From the NCBI GenBank assembly GCA_001820215.1, contig MHOW01000011.1:13579-52255 (forward strand): a DNA stretch of 38,677 bases, written 5' to 3'. The notes beneath the pieces are model-generated. The model worked only from the letters and a program-made list of their open reading frames with translations, searched no databases and was not told where the DNA came from. This stretch comes from Candidatus Staskawiczbacteria bacterium RIFCSPLOWO2_01_FULL_33_13 (GTDB taxonomy: Bacteria; Patescibacteriota; Minisyncoccia; Minisyncoccales; Staskawiczbacteraceae). The position numbers and the translations under genes were made by a program. Below, one piece after another: positions 15,866 to 25,300 of this stretch (position 1 is the stretch's first letter; each line of letters begins with the position of its first letter).

Positions 15866-16849
15866 ATGATTATCACTTATATTTTGTTTTTTGTTGGTTT
15901 TATATTGCTTATTAAAGGCGCGGATTTATTAGTTGATGGCGCCTCATCTTTAGGGAAACGACTTGGTATTTCTACGCTTATGATTGGGCTTACCATTGTT
16001 GCGTTTGGTACCTCAACCCCCGAATTAATTGTCAATATTTTTGCTAGTATTCAAGGTAATACTGATATTGCAATCGGTAATATATTGGGAAGCAATATCG
16101 CTAATATCTTACTTATTTTAGGAATTTCTGCCATTATTTATCCTTTAGCAGTCAAAAGAGGAACAGTGTGGAAAGAAATTCCCTTTAGTCTTTTAGCGGC
16201 AATAGTAGTTGCGTTTATGGTCAACGATGCTTTTATTGATAATGACTTATGGTCAGGATTAACTAGAATTGACGGTCTTATTTTAATCTCTTTCTTTGTT
16301 ATTTTTCTTTATTATGTATTTGGTATCAGTAAAGCCGATCCTACCAGTCCCAATGAAGATCTGACAAAGCAAACCGATGCAACGCCGCGTGTGTATTCGT
16401 TATGGCGTTCATATTTGATGATTGGCGGCGGTCTATTGGGGTTAGTTATTGGTGGCAAATGGATTGTTGATGGTTCGGTAATGATTGCAACCAATCTTGG
16501 AGTAAGTCAAGCGTTAATCGGCTTAACTATTGTAGCTGTGGGTACCTCTCTGCCAGAGCTTGCTACTTCGGCAGTGGCTGCCTATAAGAAAAATGTTGAT
16601 ATTGCAGTAGGCAATATTGTTGGCTCAAACATTTTTAATATTTTTTGGATTTTAGGATTGAGCGCTGTAGTACGACCATTGCCTTTTCCTCAAATCCTCA
16701 TGAGCGATGTATTTATGACTGTCATTGCCACATTACTTTTGTTTGCAGTTTTATTTGTTGGGAAAAGACATATTATTGAGCGATGGCAAGGATTTTGTTT
16801 TGTAGTCATTTATATTGGTTATATTGCATACTTAGTTATTCGTGGATAA
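15866..16849 (+). CDS. Calcium/sodium antiporter (CaCA, YrbG-like)
   Basis: Two alpha repeats: GTSTPE...GNILGSN and GTSLPE...GNIVGSNIFN. Confidence 0.95.
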   Translation: MIITYILFFVGFILLIKGADLLVDGASSLGKRLGISTLMIGLTIVAFGTSTPELIVNIFASIQGNTDIAIGNILGSNIANILLILGISAIIYPLAVKRGTVWKEIPFSLLAAIVVAFMVNDAFIDNDLWSGLTRIDGLILISFFVIFLYYVFGISKADPTSPNEDLTKQTDATPRVYSLWRSYLMIGGGLLGLVIGGKWIVDGSVMIATNLGVSQALIGLTIVAVGTSLPELATSAVAAYKKNVDIAVGNIVGSNIFNIFWILGLSAVVRPLPFPQILMSDVFMTVIATLLLFAVLFVGKRHIIERWQGFCFVVIYIGYIAYLVIRG

Positions 16850-16878
16850 TATAATAACCTTGAATTCCCAAATGCCTT

Positions 16879-18249
16879 ATGAAAATATCTTTTTTAAAAT
16901 TTCTACTTCTTTTAATGTTGGCCATAACTGTTATTAGTCCTGTAGCCTTTGCTTCAGAAGGCGAGGGTGTTCACAATTATGCCACCACTTTTTTATTTAT
17001 AGCCATTATTTTAATGATGGCTAAACTTTCTAGTTTAATTGAACGCGTTGGTCAGCCAGCTGTTTTAGGAGAATTGTTAATCGGTGTAATTTTAGGAAAT
17101 ATGGTGCTATTGGGTATAAACTTTTTTGAACCGATTAAAGAAAATCCAATCATTATTTTTTTGGCGGAATTAGGTGTGGTGATTTTGCTTTTTCAAATTG
17201 GCCTAGAATCAAACATTCAAAAAATGAAAGCGGTCGGTTTTAGGGCTTTTTTGGTCGCTTCCGTTGGTGTTATTGCCCCTTTTATTTTAGGAACATATTT
17301 GGTCGGTCCGTGGTTAATGCCAGGACTTAATTTTAGTGCTTATCTCTTTATTGGAGCAACTTTAACTGCCACTTCTGTAGGAATTACGGCGCGTGTTTTT
17401 CGCGATTTAAATAAACTTCAAACTAGAGAAGCTCAGATTGTTTTAGGTGCAGCAGTAATAGACGATGTTCTGGGACTTATTATTTTAGCAGTAGTATCAG
17501 CTATTGTTACCGTTGGTTCGGTTGGTATTGGATTAATTACATTGATTACCGCCAAAGCGATATTATTTTTGGTGGGATCAATTATTATTGGCCAAATTGC
17601 CGCGCCGCGTTTAGGCAAACTTTTTGCTAAAATTAATACTGGTACCGGAATGAAATTTACCTTAGCTATTTCTTTCGGATTGATATTTGCTTTTTTGGCT
17701 CAGAAAATCGGTTTAGCTCCTATTATAGGTGCTTTTGCCGCCGGATTAGTTTTAGATCCGGTGCATTTTCGTTATTTTAAAGATGCTAATATTGTTAAAG
17801 ATTTAAAAGAAAATGTTAAAAATTCTGACGAGGTAACTCGCAAAAAAATATTGGGAATTTTAGAACCTCATGCCGATCGCCATATCGAAGATTTAATTGA
17901 ACCTTTGGGATTATTTTTGGTGCCGATTTTTTTCGTAGTGACCGGTATGGGGGTTAGTTTAAGCACTCTGGCAAATCTGCCAGTTCTTTTAGTTGCTTTA
18001 GGTATTACTGTTGCAGCTTTTATTGGCAAAATTGTTTCAGGGCTTGTTGCGGGAAAAGTTAATAAAGCAGTGGTTGGGTTTGGCATGATACCTCGCGGGG
18101 AAGTTGGTTTAATTTTTGCCATGACAGGCAAGAGTTTAAATGTTATTTCTGATCAAGTTTTTTCCGCCATTGTTATTATGGTTATTATAACCACTCTTTT
18201 AACGCCGCCTATTCTCACATATTTATTAAAAAGAAAAAAAATGGATTAA
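16879..18249 (+). CDS. Cation:proton antiporter (CPA2/NapA-like)
   Basis: ELGV..LLF.IGLE, ATSVGI, AAVIDD, PIFFV..G, GMIPRGEV. Confidence 0.95.
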   Translation: MKISFLKFLLLLMLAITVISPVAFASEGEGVHNYATTFLFIAIILMMAKLSSLIERVGQPAVLGELLIGVILGNMVLLGINFFEPIKENPIIIFLAELGVVILLFQIGLESNIQKMKAVGFRAFLVASVGVIAPFILGTYLVGPWLMPGLNFSAYLFIGATLTATSVGITARVFRDLNKLQTREAQIVLGAAVIDDVLGLIILAVVSAIVTVGSVGIGLITLITAKAILFLVGSIIIGQIAAPRLGKLFAKINTGTGMKFTLAISFGLIFAFLAQKIGLAPIIGAFAAGLVLDPVHFRYFKDANIVKDLKENVKNSDEVTRKKILGILEPHADRHIEDLIEPLGLFLVPIFFVVTGMGVSLSTLANLPVLLVALGITVAAFIGKIVSGLVAGKVNKAVVGFGMIPRGEVGLIFAMTGKSLNVISDQVFSAIVIMVIITTLLTPPILTYLLKRKKMD

Positions 18250-18269
18250 ATCCACAAAGGGATTGGCAT

Positions 18270-18298
18270 TTGACTTCTAGCAACTTAAATGCTATACT
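18270..18298 (+). promoter_or_regulatory. Sigma70 promoter TTGACT-N17-TATACT for csp, giving a ~105-nt 5' UTR
   Basis: Near-consensus hexamers with an extended -10 TG. Confidence 0.7.
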
Positions 18299-18410
18299 TA
18301 ATATACTTATAAAGAGACGGGGTCGGGTTTCTAGAGAGTTCCTAGTTAAATAAAATCTTTTAGATTTTGTGTAATCGGGTAAAAATAAAAATAATAGTAA
18401 AAATATTTTC

Positions 18411-18608
18411 ATGACAGGTACAATTAAAACAATTACCGACAAAGGATATGGATTCATTGCTCGTGAAGGGGAAACAAAAGATCTTTTTTTCCACTCTAAC
18501 GATTTGAATGGCGTATCATACACTGAATTAAAAGTTGGAGATGCTGTTAGCTTCGATGTAGTTGAGGGCGACAAAGGCCCTAGCGCAAAGAATGTAACAA
18601 GAGTTTAA
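18411..18608 (+). CDS. cspA: Cold-shock protein
   Basis: KGYGFI (RNP1), DLFFH (RNP2), L..GD.V.F.V..G.KGP.A.NV. Confidence 0.95.
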   Translation: MTGTIKTITDKGYGFIAREGETKDLFFHSNDLNGVSYTELKVGDAVSFDVVEGDKGPSAKNVTRV

Positions 18609-18622
18609 TAACTTTTAGTCAA

Positions 18623-18784
18623 TAGACCTACTGATTAAAGATTTTCCTATTGCAATTTCCATATTTTAACCAGGATTTTGTAAAAATTTCTCAACATATC
18701 CACAGGATATGTCTCAAAACTTTTCCAAAACCCTGCTCTAAAATCTGAAAATTTCATAACGGAAACCTTTAATCAGTAGGTCTA
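18623..18784. repeat. 162-bp foldback element (MITE-like or rod-shaped RNA)
   Basis: Perfect terminal inverted repeat tagacctactgattaaag / ctttaatcagtaggtcta, with imperfect pairing continuing to acatatcc-aca-ggatatgt. Confidence 0.8.
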
Positions 18785-18793
18785 ATAGGTATA

Positions 18794-18827
18794 ACAAAAG
18801 CCGCTTCTATATAGAAGTGGCTTTTGT
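18794..18827. terminator. Intrinsic terminator
   Basis: acaaaagccgcttcta / tagaagtggcttttgt. Confidence 0.75.
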
Positions 18828-18915
18828 GTTATAATAATCCAAGGTATAATTTTAAAATACAGAGTAGTTAGAGGTCGACAAATTAAATAATAAAATATAA
18901 TACAATCTAAAAATT

Positions 18916-19353
18916 ATGTTTCAAGTACAAGTAAATTTTTTAGCTATATTAGTTTGTGCAGTAGTTAATATGGCACTGGGTTTTATGTGGTACGGTCCAT
19001 TATTTGGAAAAACATGGACAGATATGATGGGGTGGAGCAAAGAACAAATGGAAGCTGGTAGAATAAAAATGCAAAAAGAAGGCTGGAAAACTTATCTATT
19101 AGCATTTTTTAGTTCTTTAGTAATGGCGCTTGTATTAGCTAAATTCCTATTTTTTGCAAGTGCTTATTTTAATATGAGTGGTATTAAAATAGGTATGGTG
19201 GCGGGTTTTTGGAGTTGGCTTGGTTTTGTAGCGCCAGTTACGCTAAGTTTTGTACTATGGGAAGGTAAATCATGGAAATTATGGCTTTTGACGAATGGAT
19301 ACTATTTGCTTTCTTTATTGATTATGGGATCTATTTTGGCGGTGTGGATGTAG
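18916..19353 (+). CDS. DUF1761 membrane protein
   Basis: N.LAIL...LGFMWYGPLFGK.W; WLGFV.P; LWEG.SWKL..L..GY. Confidence 0.9.
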   Translation: MFQVQVNFLAILVCAVVNMALGFMWYGPLFGKTWTDMMGWSKEQMEAGRIKMQKEGWKTYLLAFFSSLVMALVLAKFLFFASAYFNMSGIKIGMVAGFWSWLGFVAPVTLSFVLWEGKSWKLWLLTNGYYLLSLLIMGSILAVWM

Positions 19354-19472
19354 AATTATTAGAAATTAATATTTTTAATCTAAAATTATAAATTCAAAAT
19401 TTAAAAACAATTTAAAAGCACTAAATCTAAAACTTTTTTAAATTTATTATTTTGAATTTTAAATTATTTAAT

Positions 19473-19673
19473 ATGGATACTATGCAAAATAAGTGCAATT
19501 GCACTCATCATAAAACAATACCAGTATTAGTAATTTTGTTTGGTTTAGCATTCTTACTACAAGCACTAGATGTTATAAGTTCTGGATTTGTGATGATTGC
19601 CTGGCCAATAATTATTATCGCAGTAGGTGTTATGAAACTTGTCGAAAAGTCTGGGGTGTGTAAGTGTTGTTAG
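19473..19673 (+). CDS. Small two-TM protein with Cys/His-rich ends (start 19473 or 19482)
   Basis: CNCTHH, two TM segments, C-terminal CKCC. Confidence 0.7.
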   Translation: MDTMQNKCNCTHHKTIPVLVILFGLAFLLQALDVISSGFVMIAWPIIIIAVGVMKLVEKSGVCKCC

Positions 19674-19687
19674 GTTTAATCACAATC

Positions 19688-19725
19688 GTAAAAGCCCATT
19701 TTAATAAAATGGGCTTTTACTTTTT
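19688..19725 (+). terminator. Intrinsic terminator
   Basis: gtaaaagcccatttta / taaaatgggcttttac followed by a T-tract. Confidence 0.8.
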
Positions 19726-19777
19726 ATTCTATTTTTGTTAAAATACAATCAATTAATTTTAAATTTAAAATTTTATC

Positions 19778-20173
19778 ATGAAAGGATATATATCAAATAT
19801 TGAAAAAGAGACAGTAGAAAATAATAATTTTCGTAAAGTAATTTATACTGGTAAAAATAGTCAGTTAGTTTTTATGAGCTTAAACCCAAACGAAGATATA
19901 GGCCAGGAAGTACATCAAGTTGACCAATTTATTAGGATTGAGCATGGCAAGGGCCAAGCCATTTTAGATGGGGTTGCGTATGAAGTTGAAGATGATTTTG
20001 CCATTGTGGTTCCTGCGGGAGCAACCCATAATGTAATTAATAATGGAGATGGGCAAATGAAACTTTATACTATTTATTCTGGCCCAGAACATTTAAAAGA
20101 TACGGTTCATCTTACTAAAAAAGATGCAATGGCTGATGTAAATGATAAGTTTGACGGAGTAACAACAGAATAA
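19778..20173 (+). CDS. Cupin-domain protein
   Basis: NNFRKVIYTG..SQLV.M....EDIG.EVH..DQF.R.E.G...VPAG..HN.IN...KLYTIY..PEH. Confidence 0.92.
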   Translation: MKGYISNIEKETVENNNFRKVIYTGKNSQLVFMSLNPNEDIGQEVHQVDQFIRIEHGKGQAILDGVAYEVEDDFAIVVPAGATHNVINNGDGQMKLYTIYSGPEHLKDTVHLTKKDAMADVNDKFDGVTTE

Positions 20174-20192
20174 ATTATCTTGAATTAAAAAA

Positions 20193-20783
20193 ATGATTTT
20201 ATCCGACAAAGATATAAAAAAATCAATAAAAGAGGGGAGAATTACTATTGATCCTCTTTTCCCAAAATCTATACAACCCGCATCAATTGATTTGCATTTG
20301 GGGGCAGATTTTTTAGTATTCAGAACTCACAGAGGTGTTTGTATTGACCCGAAAAATCCCATGGAGGACTTAATGGATAAAGTTATTATTGATAATAAAA
20401 AACAATTTATTATCCATCCTGGTGAATTTGCACTTGGAATGACTTACGAAATTATTGGTGTTGCTAATGACATGGTGGGGCGGCTTGAGGGGAAATCTTC
20501 CATTGGTAGAATGGGTTTGATTATTCATGCTACTGCTGGGTACCTTGACCCAGGCAATAGATTAAAAATGACTTTAGAGCTTCACAATGTTTCAACGCTT
20601 CCTATAAAACTTTACTATAAAATGCCTATTGCTCAAATGTCATTTACTCCGCTTTCTTCAGAAGCCGAGCACCCTTATAATAAGAAACTTTTTGGCAGTA
20701 AGTATTATGGAAACATGAAACCCAAAGCAAGTCAGTATTGGAAAAACTTCACTCAAAATAACGAATGGATTAAGTTTAAATAA
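20193..20783 (+). CDS. dcd: dCTP deaminase
   Basis: MILSDKDI, IQPASIDL.LG, HPGEF.LG.T.E, GKSSIGR.GL..HATAG..DPG, TLEL.N, SKY. Confidence 0.95.
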   Translation: MILSDKDIKKSIKEGRITIDPLFPKSIQPASIDLHLGADFLVFRTHRGVCIDPKNPMEDLMDKVIIDNKKQFIIHPGEFALGMTYEIIGVANDMVGRLEGKSSIGRMGLIIHATAGYLDPGNRLKMTLELHNVSTLPIKLYYKMPIAQMSFTPLSSEAEHPYNKKLFGSKYYGNMKPKASQYWKNFTQNNEWIKFK

Positions 20784-20784
20784 G

Positions 20785-21552
20785 ATGAAGATGAGATCAA
20801 ATTTATATAAATCAGATATTAAAGAACCCTTTAATGTAAGTAGGTCAAAGATCGCATTTTTTTTAGAGTGTCCCCAGTGTTTTTGGCTTGATAGAAAACT
20901 TGGCATTACAAGGCCCGATATGCCAGGGTGGTCTTTAAATAGCGCCGTAGATAATTTACTTAAAAACGAATTTGATCTTTTGCGAGAAAAAAAAGAACCT
21001 CATAGACTTATGCAGCTTTACAAAATAGATGCGGTGCCTTTTTCGCACCCCAGTTTTCATATTTGGCGAGATGATCATAATATGAAAGTTGGGGCATCTT
21101 TTTTACATAAAAAAACAAATTTAAATATTTGCGGAATTATTGATGATATTTGGATTAATAACAAAACAAACGAACTTCATATCGTGGATTATAAATCTAC
21201 GAGCACCGATTACCCAATTTCTTTAGATAGTAAATATAAAGAGGAGTATAAAAAGCAAATGGAAATATATCAGTGGATTTTTTTGCAAATGGGTTTTTCG
21301 GTTTCTAAAACAGGATATTTTTTATTCGCTAATGGAAATAAAAATCTTCCGGGATTTCATGGAAAACTTGAATTTGAAACATCTATTATTTCTTACCCGG
21401 GCGATACCTCATGGATTGAGCCCGTTATTTTAGAGATTAAAAAATGCCTTGATTCGGACGATATTCCCGAATCGGCCAAATCTTGCCAGTATTGTTCTTA
21501 TAGAAAACTTATTCAAAGCCAATCATTAAAAAATCAAATTATTTTAATTTAA
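20785..21552 (+). CDS. PD-(D/E)XK (RecB/Cas4-like) nuclease family protein
   Basis: SRSKI..F..CP.CFW, G.IDD, IVDYKST, Q.EIY, C-terminal CQYC. Confidence 0.88.
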   Translation: MKMRSNLYKSDIKEPFNVSRSKIAFFLECPQCFWLDRKLGITRPDMPGWSLNSAVDNLLKNEFDLLREKKEPHRLMQLYKIDAVPFSHPSFHIWRDDHNMKVGASFLHKKTNLNICGIIDDIWINNKTNELHIVDYKSTSTDYPISLDSKYKEEYKKQMEIYQWIFLQMGFSVSKTGYFLFANGNKNLPGFHGKLEFETSIISYPGDTSWIEPVILEIKKCLDSDDIPESAKSCQYCSYRKLIQSQSLKNQIILI

Positions 21553-21607
21553 AATCAATTTGTGCCATAAATACTACGATCGTGGTATTTATGGCACAAA
21601 TTGATTT
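21552..21607. repeat. Near-perfect 56-bp palindrome (terminator or cruciform)
   Basis: aaatcaatttgtgccataaatactacg-at-cgtggtatttatggcacaaattgattt. Confidence 0.85.
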
Positions 21608-21613
21608 AAAAAC

Positions 21614-22279
21614 ATGCTTAAAGGGTTACTTTATAATGTCTATATACAACATAAGAATTTTTGGGTAAAAGATAATTTTTCATTGTTATTACAAGGAATT
21701 TTAATTTTTGGTTTAGCATTAATAGTCCAGCGCTATGCGTATGATTATGTTGACAACCGAGTTAATGGCACTCATGTGGGGGATTTATTATTGGATAATC
21801 TACCAATAGTTAATTTAGATTTTTTCATAGTTGAGGGTGCAATTATCTCAACTTTGATTGTAATATTTTTTCTTTTTACAAATCCTAAATATATTTTATT
21901 TGCAATAAAAACTTTGGCGTTATTTATTATAGTAAGATCTTTTTTTATAAGCTTAACTCATCTGGGAACCAATCTGCACCAAATAACATTAAATGCTAAT
22001 AGTATTGGCTTTAGTATTTATGATTTTTTGTATAATTCTAAAAATGACTTTTTCTTTTCGGGCCATGTAGGAGCTTCTTTTCTGTTTGCCTTGATTTTTT
22101 GGAAAGAGATATTGTATAGGAATTTATTTATTGTCATTTCAATCATTTTTGGGGTAAGTATGGTGTTGGCAAAAATGCATTATTCTATTGATATTTTTGC
22201 AGCTCCCTTTATAGTGTATGGGATTTACGAAATTTCAAAGAGGTTATTCCAAAAAGATTTTAAACTCATAAGACCTTGA
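21614..22279 (+). CDS. PAP2-like / sphingomyelin-synthase-like membrane protein
   Basis: D..LD.LP, R..FI.LTH, D.FFSGH, HYSID.F.A. Confidence 0.85.
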   Translation: MLKGLLYNVYIQHKNFWVKDNFSLLLQGILIFGLALIVQRYAYDYVDNRVNGTHVGDLLLDNLPIVNLDFFIVEGAIISTLIVIFFLFTNPKYILFAIKTLALFIIVRSFFISLTHLGTNLHQITLNANSIGFSIYDFLYNSKNDFFFSGHVGASFLFALIFWKEILYRNLFIVISIIFGVSMVLAKMHYSIDIFAAPFIVYGIYEISKRLFQKDFKLIRP

Positions 22280-22324
22280 CTCTCTATTTTTTCAGTGTAG
22301 GCTGAATTTATTAAAGGTAATTTA

Positions 22325-25300
22325 ATGGGTATGGCTTATAAATCATTCAAAAAAACAATTAAGGCACTACAAAAAACAGTAGTGTTGTTTTTAGTTTTTG
22401 TATTTTTTATAACTCCCTTGGCTCCAGTGTTTGCTGAGGTTTTAGATAGTACTCCTGCTTTTGAAACTACAGAAGCTTCAACCGAAATTTTGGTTTCATC
22501 AGACATTTTTCCAACAGTTGACCCGGTGCCTTCGGATACTTCGTCTGATGTTGCGGTTTTTTCAGATGCTTCTAGTCCAAGTCCCGTTGATTCAACTATT
22601 CCTGGCGACAAAACCGACCCAACCAGTACTTCTTACAATAAAAATTCTACATCTTCGTCCATGGGTGCTAGCACAACTAGTTCGTCGTCTTCATCTGAAG
22701 TTTCAGATTCATTTAGTACAATAAAACAGTCTATTCCAGAACCTGATCCCGCAACCGGCGCTTTGATATATAGCTATCCAATTACAGTACCCCTTGGGCG
22801 CAATGGTATGCAGCCCGATTTAAAATTACACTACAATAGTCAAAGTGCCGCTCAGGACGGTATTTTTGGTTATGGTTTTGAGGCTAATATTCCTAAAATA
22901 GAAAGAATAAATAAACATGGCGTCAATAAGCTATATGATTATAAAGATTTTAGATCTTCTTTATCAGGAGAACTTGTAAATATATCTTCCGAAGATTATG
23001 TGGCAAAAATAGAAAATGGTTCATTTTTAAAATACAAGCTAATTGATGGCGTATGGATTATTACCGACAAGAAAGGCACTTTATATAAGTTTGGACGCTT
23101 TGATTCTTCAAAAATTTATGATTTTTCAAACACAGATAAAATTTATGCGTGGTATTTAGATGAGGTTGTAGATACCAACGGCAACTCAATAAAATATTTT
23201 TATACAAAAAATGTTGCTGATAATTTTTTATATCCCGATAAGATAGTCTATACTGGTAGTGGGGCAGAGGCAGGAATTTTTTCAGTTGAATTTAAAAAAG
23301 AATTTAGACCAGATTCTTATACAAAAAATAGTACTGGTTTTACTCAAAAAATTAATGAGCGCATTAAGTCCATAGAAACATATGTCTTTGGTACATTAAG
23401 TAGAAAATATGATTTGATTTACAAAATAGGGGATAATGGCAAGCGCTCTATGCTTGAAAAAATTATTGAAAGCGGAACGGATGGGTTTGGTGTTACTACT
23501 ACATTACCATCTTTTAATTTTGCTTATACTAAAGGAGATGTTGGTTTAGTAAATACGCCTTCTATAAATTATCCAATGGTTGTTGAAGATGGAGCATCTG
23601 TGCCATTTTCATTTGCTGACAACGCAGTTAAGATTATAGACATTAATGGTGATGGATTAAAAGATATTGTAAAATCCAGCATCATTATAAAAGATGGGGT
23701 TGATCGGCCAGTCTTTTGGGTTTTAAAAAATAATGGGTCAGGATGGGTGGTGGACAATTCTTACCTTCAGCCGATGTACTCTTTTGTTAATAGTTTGGGA
23801 AATACCGTTAACGAATATTTTACTTTTTCAAACTCAATTGATGTTGGCGATTGGAATGGAGATGGTAAAGATGACTTAATTAAATTTTGGGTTGAGATTA
23901 ATGGCGCAAAAGATAAACAACACGCTGTAGTATTGCTAAATACTGGTACAGCCTGGGTGCAAAATACTAATATAACAACAGATATACCCTACACTCAAGC
24001 CGGAAGTCCAATATATGTATACTCAGGTTCCTATGGTTCACAAAATCATTTTATTGATTTAAATGGCGATGGATTGATTGACTATATTAATGCTTCAAAT
24101 TATCAACAAAACGGCATAAATTATCCAAGTTTTGCAGTTTTATATAACGATGGCGAAGATTTAAAGTGGGATGCAACAATGCCTCAACCATATGCAAAGC
24201 CAAATCTTGCTTCAGCCAGTGAGCCACTTGCATTAAGTAATAGTACAAAAATACTAGATATTAATGGAGATGGCCTTGTTGATTTTATTTTTGCAAATAA
24301 TTACCAAATTAATGGCATTGATAATCCATCTTTTTGGGTTTTGATAAATAATGGGCATGGGTGGGATCAGGATTTAACTATTACTCAGGCGCAATATATC
24401 TCTCTTGATGTGAATGATAATGCAAAAACAAATTATTTTACCAGCACCCAGGGTTGGCGTGTGGTTGATATTAATGAAGATAGTCTGCCAGATTTTATTA
24501 TGTTTGGAACAATTGATACTGGCGCAAATACCTATAAAAAAAGGAAAACGGTTTTAGTAAACACTGGCAAGGGATGGATTCAAGATGACAGCTTGATTAC
24601 TATTGGAGATTATACTTATGTAGATTCCAATGGCACGCAAACCAATTATCCTAACTCTGGCGCAGGCGATATTGTATTACTTGATATTAACGGTGACGGA
24701 CTCTTTGATATTACTCGTCCGGGTTCTTACTATCAATCAGGAGTTTTTCGGGCAAGCAACTGGACACTTTTAAATAATGGCAAAATTGCCAACACTTTGG
24801 CAAAAATTGAACTGCCCCAGGGCGGCTCTTATGATTTTTCTTATAAAATGACAAGCGCCTATAAAGATGCTTCGGGAAACTTACTGAATAATAATTTACC
24901 ATCAGCACATAATACAATTAAAAAGATAATTCAAAATGATAGCAATGGCGCCGCCTCCACAAAAGATTATGAGTATTCTGGAGGGCGCTTTTTTTACGAA
25001 AACTCTTTTAATAAGCGTTTTGCAGGATTTGAAAAAATCACCAAAATAAATCCTGTAGGAGAAAAATTTATAACATATTATCATCAGGGAAACACCACAA
25101 ATTCAACTCAGGGAGAATTTGACGACCAAGAATCTAAAATAGGAATGATTTATAGGTCTGAATTATACGATAACTCTAATAATATTTACTCTAAAAATAT
25201 ACAAAAATGGGATAGTGCTGACTTAGGCGGTGGTGTAAAATTTGTGAAATTGGCTCAAACGGTAAATTTTATACATGATGGCGAGGCTACTCATCGCGAT

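Noticed and set aside
20785..21552. Cas4 or CRISPR locus
   Set aside because: No array or other cas genes, and the third C-terminal Cys of Cas4 is missing; treated as a solo PD-(D/E)XK protein.
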